This document shows positions 37,910-49,559 of a stretch of 64,000 nucleotides of DNA, in pieces. How positions within the stretch are numbered: position 1 is the stretch's first letter; every line of letters starts with the position of its first letter. The DNA is taken from the NCBI GenBank assembly GCA_973895155.1, contig OZ316896.1, positions 20,200,754-20,264,753 of the forward strand, given 5' to 3'. The position numbers and the translations under genes were made by a program. The stretch comes from Marsupella aquatica (Eukaryota > Plantae > Marchantiophyta). The notes below the pieces were generated by a model. The model saw only the letters and a list, made by a program, of their open reading frames with translations. It was not told where the DNA came from and did no database searches.

Positions 37910-40900
37910 CATCAGCTTGGTCTACAATAATAATGACGACAAAATTGAGATCCTGCACAAGTCGACCTTACAACGAAGACAATCGTTTGACTGATTTGGC
38001 TGACGAAATGTATGGAATACGGCCGTACTTCGACGTTAGCTGTTCAATTGATTGCCATCATTTTACATGCAGTTCAACTGAATTCGTCCGTCCTCGTATT
38101 GAGGAAGGCACGCAGAATCTGGTCCTGTTGATGTGGATCAGATCTGACTGATAGGTTCATAGTGCGTGGGGTTCATAGGTTCATTAGGATTCTCCAGGTT
38201 GAAATGAACATTCACCCTAAGTAATAGGAGAGCTCATGTCTGGATCACTTAGAGATGATTTCAGAGTCTTCAAAGAGTCGCCAACAACATAGTCTAGTGT
38301 GCTATGATCATGCAAGGTCATTAATTGCGCGCTGAGCTTTATGCCATCGCATGTGGGTCTCTGTCTAGGGTGAAGTACCTGTCGATGTATTCAGTCTTGA
38401 CAAAGTCAACTTTGGCGCAGCAGGCAATTAGGTATATACAAGTCAAGCACAAGCTTCTGTAGGACCCCTTTACTGTAGTCAAGGTTGCCGCAAAGCTCCA
38501 CTTTAAATTAAATAGCCCTACGTATACGGTGTAAGTCTTGGGAATGTTACAAATTCAATGTATCCTGTACATGCAATAGAAGGCTGTGCTGCCCTATTGT
38601 TATCCTGAAGATCGGTTTGAGCAATCACTTGAACAAGAGTCGGATCTACTTGCCTACTGTTATTATTAGTCAGAATTCGGAAGTATGTGCGTACTGGTTT
38701 GCCTGTCGATACCCCAAGGACGATGAGTAATTTCAAGCAAGGTTACCGGACCGTGTCCAAGAACTGTTTATTTTTCGAAGCTTGACATAATTATGCCAGG
38801 CACAACTATGATCCACCTTCAAGTGGCTGAATAAAGGCCTCTTGCACCAGGAATAGTAGCGGACGAAACGATTTTATTTGTTCAAGAACTTTAGTCATAT
38901 CCTGGAACAATCCTAACCTACCAAATCCGATTAAACTTTGCCTGCTTATGTCGTTCTTGACATTGTTCGTCCGGAGTCAGTGAAATTAAAAGATCAGAAC
39001 TTGGGAAGTCTGTGGTACCAGGCAGAAAAGATCCCAAGAGGGACTTGGGCAACAGACTGATGTTCGTTCAGCTCGGTGACAGTCTCTCGTCTCCTGGTCC
39101 AATCTTCCAGGGCTGCGCGGCTTTCAAACCTCATTTGAAACCTGCTCGCCGGGGTCGCAGGTCCAATCCCGCAGCCCGTACGTCCCGCAGCAGGGGTGTC
39201 TCTCCACGTGGATTGGAGCCACCGCAGGAACGGTGGCAGCATTAGCCGGTGCGGCTACTGTTCGACCTACGCCTTTGCCTTTCTTTTATTCTCGTGATGC
39301 CTTATACGGTCAGACACTGCATCGGACTATGTCCTCTAGCACCCCATCTCTTTAACCAGCAGCTGCTAAAATGCTAAATAGTTTGCTTCATCGTACAATT
39401 GGCATGGGTCTGCAGCTTTAGTTGCGGCAACTTCAAAGACAAATTTTCAATTCGAGAGCCATCGACTACCTCGTTTCATCTCATCTCAACCGAAGTCACG
39501 CGTGTCGAAGTTTTTGTCGGCTTGAGTACAGTTTGTTTCTGCGAATTTAGAGGTCCTTCGCTTGAATTGTTTTAGTTTTCTGAAAGCAATTTCTCACACA
39601 GGTGGGAGTCGGGACCACGTCGAGGACCACGTCCCAACAGACACTCCGTACCGGTGGACTTCGATCCGTGCCCAGGTCTTCTTCGTTCTTTCAGGGCCTT
39701 TCCAGGGGAGGGTGCAACGCCGCGTCCTTCGGGAACTGTCCCACTAGCTGGAACCCTCGTTTTCTAAGGCTTGTTCCGGGCTTTTTCCCAGGTTGTTGTT
39801 TCCTGAACGGTGCGGATTGTGATGCCTTTCTCATCTCTGCACAACCGATCGCGGTCGGGACCCAGCCAACACGTACTAACAATCATCTCTTAGTGTTGAA
39901 GCCCAATATATGGGCCATGTCAGTATCTGGGAAGTCGTGCAGATATTCCAAGGATCTTGATTCACTCTGGCACCAAATCATTTATTGACAATGACAACGT
40001 AAAAGGTTCTGTGAACCGAGAGATTGTGAACGATGTGCCTGTCATATCTTATTTGACAGTAACTTTCTGTGCATTGCCTGTGCAACGTTCGACCCTACTA
40101 GGTGTGGCTTGATAATAGTGCAATTTATACTCTGTTCGAATTCCCTCAAGATCAAATACTGCTATGATCGACAGACGCTGTCTCTCAGTGTTTGCCATCC
40201 AACCATTGTGCTCAGGTTTCATAATATAAGTGAAAAGAGTTAGTCTTCGAGCTAGGAAATTGACAAGCAAATGAAACATGTGTTCAATAGTTGTATCATT
40301 ATTGTCTTTGAGAACAAAGGTAGTCAATGTAGATATAATCCTCCGGTAGCTTGTAGAAAAGCTGAAGCCTCCCGCCTACATTTAAGATTTTACTTTAGAA
40401 CTGCTGGTTTCAAGATTATGTGGGGCACTTGCCTTTAATTTCGTTTGTAATTCTGGAGTTGTCTACACGAGGCACCCTTGCTTGCTTCGACCAAATGAGA
40501 GAAAGGAAGCTCATTCCATGAGAGTTGTCACTTTGGAGTGCCTACGTACATGTGAAACATTGTGCTTTCAATCTAAACAGCTGTGTATATGCGCTGCTAT
40601 TTGAGTGGAGGTTGGAATTTCGTTTCGAGGTGGTTATCAACCCCTGACGTACAACAGTAATCGCTTCGCACGATCATGAAAGTCGATCGAAAAGCTTAGG
40701 ACTGTAGCTTGGTGAGGACTTGCAGAATTTCAAAGAAAGCTACGCGGAAAATGCGGGTGCCGACCAACTGCATAATTGTCGCTTATCGGACACATTCAAA
40801 CCATTACGCCGACACCTTTTGACTAATTTCTCTGGCAATTGTAAAGCTGAGGGTCTTCTTTTGGTGGATTCCGCTTTAGATATCCTAATCGACAGCGCTT

Positions 40901-43317
40901 GTAATCCCAGAAACAGGATTTACATATATCCATTTGGGGGATTTAGACTGCGAGAGATTTCTAGGAAAAATCCATGATCTGCAATTTCTCCGCCAAGAGA
41001 GAATTATGAGAGAACTTCAGCGTCTTCAAAATGATCCAGGCAAGAGCTTACGGAGAGAGGTGTCGGCCCCTCAAGCTAATTATTAGCCCGGTTATTAGCC
41101 ACAAGAGATGTACCCCAAGCTCTGGACAGGCAGTCAATTGAAAAAAATCTCCAGAGGCAGTGATCCAGAGCATTTTGGACGTCACGCAGAAGAGGTTGAC
41201 GTATTTCCTTGCTGTGGCCAGCGCACTGAAAGGAAAGCAACAAGTTACTTGGGGCAAGTGAGAAGAACATTGTTCTGAGTACTAGGGGAGAAGCAGTTCC
41301 TATGGCATTCATCCCACACACGGAGAAGTATGTTTGGTAGATTGGTAGGATTCAAAACACTCGAAAGAAATATAACAATAAATAGGGGGAAGGCGTAGAA
41401 AACCTGTGGATTTAGCCTGGCATGGATGATCCAAATTCTGGTCCAATTTGTGAGATTCAATCCAATTTCTTTAGTCCCTCTGGTAAGAGCTGCCCATTTT
41501 ACTCCCTCTAGTAAGAGCCCCCAGTTTAAATACGATATGTGTGATCCTCCATCGATCTACTTGGATTGTGTAATTTGACAGTCAGCCTTTCTATCCAACA
41601 AAACCCATCTACAGACATGTGTTTATCTCCCATGATCACGATGCAAGTCTGCTTGATGATTTGTTAAGAGTGAGGTGTTGTGATCAGGTCATAGTTGCTG
41701 TGCATATTCACTGGTGAGTGGCCTGGGACAATTATACATTCTTCATTTTCATTTTTTATCCAACTTACTTTCTCAGTTTCTAGCTAGACATGTTATTAGT
41801 ACGAACAGGGCATGGGTGGTGTACGACAAGAGTCGCTTGAAACAGGTACTCTGAAGGATTTAATCAAATCGGGGAAAGCGGAGGACCTGACCACCTGACC
41901 ACCCATATATCAAAATTCTGTACATTCACCTTAGGCACATATCTTACTTTGAGGCATGGACTGAATTTCCTTAGACGATGGCAATAAGTATGCATCTTTC
42001 TAAATCTAATGTACGTAATGTTGGAATTATGAAGAAGGTGCAAGTAACTCTACCAAGTATCAAAGAGTTTGTACAGTTCCACATATTAGATGTGATGCTT
42101 GGTAGAGTTAATTATCAAGTACTTTAAAATTTTGACAGATGCAGTGTTCCAAAGGGCTTGTCTAAAGTAAGCCTCGGTGTATGCTCTGATGGAACTTTAA
42201 TTTACTTCTTATTATGTTCAAGCGATCAAGCACTGCTCTGACCTGTGATGCTAGTGATTGAATTCTGTCTGTCCAAGGAATCCAACCCACAAATCAGCAT
42301 TTCTTTACTCCAAACGTAAGAACTGTAGACTAGCTGATTTTTGTAATGCTCAATTATGGAGTATTCGTCTATTTTGAATTGTAGTCTACAGATTTCGGAG
42401 AAAACCATCTACAGACATGTCTGTTGTCCCCGCAATTTTGCTTGCATTTGTTCAAACAGGGCCGAACTGAATTCGATTTGCCTTAAACGGCCACTAGCCA
42501 TAACAAAACCACCAATTAAAAGTATTTTTTTCCTGAGATTGTGGAGCAAGGCATGGTTGAGGAGAGGAGTGAGTGGAATGTGGAAAAAGGAGAACAACAT
42601 CATGGGGCTCTCGCCCAACACTTTTTGAAAATATTGTAACTCACCCTGACTCACCAAGCAAATTTCTGGAAGACCGCCACTTCCCCTTTTTGCTGAGATG
42701 GGACTTTATAATAAAGTAGATGGATACCTGGAGTGATCGGTGGGACATGATTGACCGTACGCCTGAACCCTCTTTTCAATGAACGTGGTCACTCACTCTG
42801 GGAGCCAATCTATCCTTGACAGCGAAAACAACGACGAGATCCCTCTGTTCTGTGTTTTGTTCCATCTGGAACTGAGCATTGTACACTCTGGGGGTGAACT
42901 TCAAGACATCGAGACGCAATGCAGCTCTCGCAGGGAGGAAGGGCGAGCTGAGGAGGTGATTCAATAGTAATTGATGAATCGGAAGTCAACAATGAGCGAC
43001 ATTTTTTTGCTATAGCTCGCGGCTGTTCAATATTTCTTAACGGTGTCACGAGATCAGTTCCTGCAGACAGTAGATGATTTACTCGAGTGAGATTCGCTGT
43101 GCATCCTGAGGACGTCATCCATCGGTGTTTATCATTCAAGTGATTTGTATACAGCTCGTTGCTACTCCAACGAGACATAACATGTTTTCTAGCAGATTGC
43201 AACACTTCGTCCCTAGAGACAAATTATTATTCACTTGATAGAAAGTGACTGTGGGTCACTGAGGACATCATCAATGCGCAGCATGATTAGGTGAGTTGCT
43301 GGATAAAAGTCATTAGT

Positions 43318-43510
43318 AACTTAGGTTTCTTCCCATTCCGTCCTGCAGGAATTGCAGCGCAAGGTATCGTGAAATCCCGGCAACTTAGGTTTCCTGCCAT
43401 TCTGTCTTGCAGAAATTGCAGCCCAAGGTTTAGTGAAATCCCGGCAACTTAAGGTTTCTTCCCATTGTGTCCTGCAGGAATTGTAGCCCAAGTTTCGTGG
43501 AATCCTGACC
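43318..43510 (+). repeat. Tandem repeat, 64-bp unit x3, immediately 5' of the PRISE start codon
   Basis: AACTTAGGTTTCTTCCCATT..GTCCTGCAGGAATTGCAGC.CAAGGT...GTGAAATCCCGGC starts at 43318, 43382 and 43446; ATG at 43515. Confidence 0.95.
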
Positions 43511-43514
43511 AACC

Positions 43515-44611
43515 ATGACGAAGCAGAATGTCGCCTTGGTGGTGGGCTCGACAGGAATAGTAGGAGAGGCCCTCGTAGAGCTTCTCTCGAAGCCAGACAC
43601 ACAAGGTGGGCCTTGGAAGGTCTACGGCCTCGCCAGAAGGCCGAGGCCCAGTTGGCTGTCTCCAGAGGATCTGTATATTCAGTGCGACCTTCTCAACAGG
43701 GATGATGTCCACTGACAGATGTGACCCACGCTTTCTGGGTCACTTGGGTAGGAAGGCCGACCGAGGTGGAGAACATTGCCGCGAATGGAGCAACGTTTCA
43801 AAACGCTTTGTTTGCACTCTTGCCAGTTGCTAAGGATCTAGAGCATATTGCGCTGCAGACAGGCGGGAAGCATTATGCCGGCTCCTTTGAGGCTATAGCG
43901 AGTGGAGAGGGTGTCGTGCCTTATGACACTCCTTTCACTGAGGATTTGCCCAGGCAAGCATGTTTGAACTTCTATCACACCCTAGAAGATATATTGTTCG
44001 AGACGGTGGAGAAAATGCAGGGAAAAGTGACCTGGTCAGTACACCGACCAGGATTGATTTTCGGACTTGCAGCTGGCAACCTAATGAACTTCTTGGGTAC
44101 TGTGGGCGTCTATGCTGCAATCTGCAAGCATGAGAGGCTTCCATTTACATTTCCTGGCACACAAAGCGGTTGGGAAGTGATCTTTAATGCCTCCAATTCA
44201 GATGTGACAGCAGAGCAAGAAATTTGGGCTGCCACAGATCCCAGAGGCAAGAATCAGGCTTTCAATACAATGAACGGTGACATCTTCAAGTGGAAGAAGG
44301 TCTGGAGGTCTATAGCAGAGAAACTAGGGATGGAGTTTGTGCCATTCACTGGCCAACCTACTCCGCTGGGTGAAATGATGAAAGACAAGGGACCTGTGTG
44401 GGACAAAATAGTCCAGGAAAATGGGTTGTACCCTTCAAAACTTGACGACGTAGGACATTGGAGGTTGGTTGATTGGAATTTGACCCCTACTCAGGATTAC
44501 CTCATGAGCATGAACAAGAGCAAAGAACACGGCTTCTTGGGGTTTCGAAACACACAGAAGGCAATCCTTGCTGTCTTCGACAAAATGAGAGAAAGGAAGC
44601 TCCTTCCGTGA
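43515..44611 (+). pseudogene. VEP1: PRISE-family enone reductase (progesterone 5-beta-reductase/iridoid synthase-like, VEP1-like), frameshifted near 43709
   Basis: ORF1 has VALVVGSTGIVG, GGPWKVYGLARRPRP and YIQCD. A different frame continues PLTDVTHAFWVTW, LQTGGKHY, PFTEDLPR, NFYHTLED, TWSVHRP, AEQEIWAA, NQAFN, GDIFKWK, SMNKSKEHGFLGFRN. About 5 codons between DDV and PLTD are missing, giving TGA at 43713-43715. There is no room for an intron at the junction. Confidence 0.9.
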
Positions 44612-47600
44612 GAGCTATCAAGTTGCAGTCACTTCATAGGAAACTCCTAAACCTCTTTGTAGAGGAGCTGAATGCGAAGGATGTACTTCCGTTTCTTGGT
44701 ACAGTAGTTATAGACCCCTACCCAACAAATGGAATGCGGAAAGCAAAATCTTGAAGATGGAATTGTTGTTACAGAGCTTCACAATTCTCTTCATCGAAAT
44801 CTGCTCAATGTCCGAGAACAGCTGCCATTACTATCCAGTTCTCAAAGTTTCAAAACGGTCTCAACATTTTTTGGGAGCTGTGAGTCCTTGTACGGAATAA
44901 GCTTTACGGATTAAGCTTAGTGAGGATTACAGAATGTCAAGAAACCTATAAGGGGAATGTGGGTGCCATCAACTACATAACTAAACATTTATGGAACACA
45001 TTTCAATGTCCTGCCTGACAACTAGATTGTGTGGCAATGTACCCGAGGCTCCTCGTGAGTGGATGCAACTTGGATGCACAATTACAATATCCCAATCCAG
45101 ATCGCTTGCGATTCTAGAAAACAGGAACAGAATCTCACCATATACTGCAAACGTCAAGTTTATCGACCTTTTACTGTCTGCAGAACCAGATCTACTAAGA
45201 CGTTTTGTTCAACGGCAGCATGGAAGTGTATTTAATATGTGCAATCATACGGTTTTGAATTCTACTCTAGAATGCTCTGCAACGACAAGCAAGTGTAGTA
45301 GTTAGGGAAGGACAACAGTACAACATGCTCCCCATCCTACCAGACTTTTGTCCACCTCGTGTCTGACGATACTTTGTCGTGGTTATGAACGTTCATCCGA
45401 AATGCGTCTCTTTGGACCGGTCTACCTCATCGGGAATAGCTCGACGTGTGGGAAAAACTAAACCTGAATTCGCATTTACACGTAAAAACGATGGTGAGAA
45501 AGAGAGGTCAGCACGGAGCTCATCCGATCAATGACAAGCAACTGCAGGACGCGAGAATTGTGCCGTAGTGAGCGTGAGGGTTGACTTAAATTCTCTCTTC
45601 TTATGCTACCTCCATGTAAAAACTAAACTCTCATGGAGCAGTCATAACGTTTTCAAATTATCTGCTTAGCAGATATTTTGTGCAATTTTCCCGGGCACCA
45701 AGCAGAGGAATAGGTCCTTCCTAGGTACCTCCTCGGTGGTGCTCTGCGCAATTCATTGACCTTTGATGAATTGGCATTCAAGGAGGTCTCAGAAGCAAAA
45801 CCCAAAAGGTGACAAAATCCTCTCCCTACGCTTAAAGAATCAGTCAGGTGGCACTATTAAAACGTACAGGTCATCGAAAATCTGGATCGAATGAGGATCT
45901 GGACCAGTCTCCACAGGTTCTTACACTGACTACAGGACTGGACTGAAATGCAAGTCCACAAATGATTTCAAATTCTCTTTGGCCCAATTTAGAGGGCTGG
46001 GTAATTCTGATCAGAGAAAGATTTATGAACAAAAATTTATTAGAAACTGTCGGTGTAAGAATGCGATGAGAACTTCAGATGCAAAACTGGACAACGGTCG
46101 CTACAGGTTTCATTTATTAATTTAAGATCAATCAGGGAAGCTCCAAAATTTAAATTGGAAGTTTGCTTAAAAGTGAGAAAACCACATAGAATTACTCCAA
46201 TAAGTTCAAGCTAGTTAAGACTTTATAATTGAGACCAAAAGCACTTCTAGATGAGGATAGGAGTATCCAGATAGAGGTATGCAAGTCTTGTGGTCGGCTA
46301 TCTTCTGTAGATTGAAGACTTCAAGCAGGCAAATGGGTAAAGGAGTCTCAGACGTGATGCGAGCAAAACAGCGCAAAACAAGATCACGTCTATACTGAAA
46401 GTTTTAGTAGAGACGCAGGAGTTGAATTGAGTCTTACAATCCAGTTAAGTCAGTGGCAGCAGGAGCCCTGGCTGGTTGGGGAGATAATCGTTGCCCATTT
46501 GATGAAGCATATTTTCGCTGTACGAACCATCACAAACTGTGCTTAATACTGAGTCGACCAACCTTGCGATTGTCTTGATCAGTTAGCTCCCAGGATTTTT
46601 TCTTTGCTTGTCATCATTCCATTTCTCGTTTCTGTTATTTGCTGGGGGTCATGATTGCTCCGTCTCATCTTCCCAAAAAACCTCATGAAATTTAGCTGAA
46701 AAGGCTAGAGGTTTAAGATAAGGCCTATTCTGGCAAAAAATTGTCACTTTAAAAATGTCGGATACATATACTGGTGGGCACAATAGACTAGAAAATGAAG
46801 AAGCCTTGATAGCCGGCCCTTCCCTCTCACTTGACACTGCCAAAATTTTCTCACTTTTTTCTCACTAAATGGTTCGTTTACTGCAGTAGGCCCAATTTTG
46901 TCACTTCGTCCAAACGAAGCAACAAGGGTCACTGGTAACTAGATGAGTGGGGCCTTTTTGTCAGCTCAGGTGAACAGAGGTGACTTGTGATCTCAAGTTC
47001 AATCCCAATCCCAGACAAATTTCATCTCCACATCCTGATGGGTCTTGTGCCAAATTACGGCATGCTGGTGAAATGTGTTATGCCCCCATATGTGCTTGTG
47101 GCAGTTACAGGATTTATATAAACCAGGGGCTTCCTGCCTACAAGCTAGCAGCACAGCTTGCTAAAACGAGGTGTCTCTTAGAAGAACAAGGTGCAATGGA
47201 CTCTTCCCTCCCCTTTACCCCAGAAAATCAAAAAAAGTACCAACAGGCTTTGGAGTCAACCCTCTTCTACAAAGTTTGACTGGGAAAGCTAGACACTTTT
47301 TCTCAATGTTTAGGAATGGGCTTTCGAGCATCTGGAGAAGCCTATGTATTCTGCCCAGCCTTGTCTAGAGGGGTTTCGTCTTCTGCAAATATGGCAATAT
47401 ATATCAGCAAAACGGCGGGGGGCCGTCCGTCATTAGTAGCACAACTTACAGACAACTCATCTCCGCGCAGATATCACACCATCTCAAAGTAGCACATGTT
47501 TTCCTGCTGTAACTGTTGTGATTGAATTCTAATTGAAATGGCTAGTAGTGTTGTTAGTGAGAAGCTCGAAACTCGGGCAATGAGCTAGATTAATTCGATT

Positions 47601-47757
47601 GTTGTCACTCGATCTACACCACAAACTCTTGTGGAAGTCCAATTGTATGCCGCATTCCAGAATCATGGCAATACAAGAAAAGGGGAAATTGAAACTGAAT
47701 TAATGAATTCATTTCCAAATAATTTCGAGGTCCACAAGGGTGGAAGACAATCTAAGA

Positions 47758-49559
47758 CTAAGCTGGCAATGAAAACGGGTCGATCCAAGGGACCCAGGTA
47801 TAAGGATACTCAATTCTCTCGGCAAAAAATTTCCCATGCTTTTTCGCAAATTCTTCCTTGGGGAGTAGAGCTAGCCAAACTCCTGTGTCAACTCCCACCT
47901 CCAAAGGGGCAAGAGGAAGTCCTACAATATTCAAATTCCTGGTCATATCTGTTTCAATGAATCCAGGACAAAAGGCACAAGCGAACGCCTTCTGATCTGC
48001 AGGATTTACTGTTTGCAGAATTTTGCTTAAGACCAGAGTGTAAGCACTGAGGAACATCTTTGACTCGGCATACTGAGGCGCTACACCTTGAGGCAAGATC
48101 CAGCCTCCCTTGTCCAACTCTCCAGCCTTGATATCCTCAAGGTACTTGTTGGTAATGCTGTCCAACGTTTCAAGATCAAGTGTCTCAATATCTGCGAGTT
48201 GGTTCTTCACCTTGTCATCTCTCAACCGCTGAAAACAAAGGACGATGCGATTAGAACTGCAGGGCCTGCTGGGATGTTCCATGCATACACTGAAAACCAA
48301 TGATCAACAGCATTCTCGAGGTTGATGTAGAATGTTTATATCTTGGGTATGGAGGGAGAGAAACTAATCCCTTATCCCCACACCCCCTCTCCTCAACGCT
48401 CCCATTGCAAGACTTTCATTCACAAAGGCCCTGAAGCTAAGAGATTTAAGCCGGGAGATTCCTGTCATTCTTAGAAGCTGGCTAGCACAGCTGTCAATGG
48501 GGCAAACTGATTGACTGCACAAATTTACAGTTACGAAGAGATTTACGAGTCCTCAATTCCGGTTATAATTTCAGTTAAAGAATTTTTCGGTATACAAGCC
48601 AAATCATTGTTTCTTGTTCTCCATGTGGATTTCAATCCACTAGGTTGACTCAATTATCTATTGGTAGGAACAGTATGTCCTAAGTTCTATGGCAACGGAG
48701 TTCGCAAGAACTGAAAACTGTGATGAGTTGTCCTTAAACCAATTCATAATTTACAGGAGACGACAGCCGCATGAAGTAGTTTGTAAGGAAGCTAGAAGTC
48801 AAGTGTGCACCAGTCAACAAAACGGAGGACCGCCTGCGTTACCTGATAAAAGCCTGTTCGGGACGTAACATTAATGATGCGCCCTCCAGGTCGAAGCAAA
48901 GGTATCAAAGCCTCTGTCACAGATCTGGCCCCAAAATAGTTCACATGAAGGACGGCCTTAGCATCATCATAACTAAGACCTTTCGGCCAGATACCCGCAT
49001 TGTTGATCTGCTCACATTCCATACGAGCGAGAGCGTTGGTCAGAGAAATGGTAAACCTTTTGCACTGAATGTTCAAGAATAAAACCTCAATCTTAACTCT
49101 GGGAGCAGTATCGTCCTATTCTTTTTGTAAACCATGAGCTAAGTTTACGACAAGAATGATCATACCATACATAGAAACTGGTATTACAATACGGAAACCG
49201 GTCAGTAGCCTTCCTCCAACATTTGCTGTGCGCTGAAATCACCGTCTCTTGAAAATGAAAGTAAGAGAATGGGGACTACTGAGGACCTGCTTACCAGAAT
49301 ATCAAATCCACCCAACGTATCTTTGAGCCAGGATACGAAAGTTGCCACTGACGACGAACTCGTCACGTCGAGTAGGTGGGAGAGGACAGAATTTCCCCAT
49401 CCCTCTGCTGTGAGGGCAGCCAAGGAAGCCTGGGTGTCATCTTTGTCTGTTAAGACAACGGTCATTCCACTCTTCAGGAGTTCGCGAAGAATTCCATGGC
49501 CTATGCCCTTGTTGCTTCCTGTCACCACAGCCACCGTGTCCTTCGTCCACCATGGCTCC
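47758..49559 (-). CDS. Short-chain dehydrogenase/reductase, carbonyl reductase / (+)-neomenthol dehydrogenase / salutaridine reductase-like; start exon unresolved
   Basis: Exons 49559-49295, 49007-48843 and 48228-47758 (GT-AG). Motifs: WWTKDTVAVVTGSNKGIG (TGxxxGxG), LDV, DIL|INNAGI, VNYFG, RIINVTS, catalytic YAESK, CPGFIETDMT, GVDTGVWLALLP. No in-frame ATG exon could be identified upstream. Confidence 0.88.

Noticed and set aside
38994-39988. GC-rich ORFs on both strands downstream of the NAC gene
   Set aside because: ORFs are explained by GC content; no protein motifs.
43700-43725. Intron or programmed frameshift rescuing the PRISE gene
   Set aside because: Conserved residues are missing rather than extra, there is no space for a GT-AG intron, and there is no slippery heptamer.
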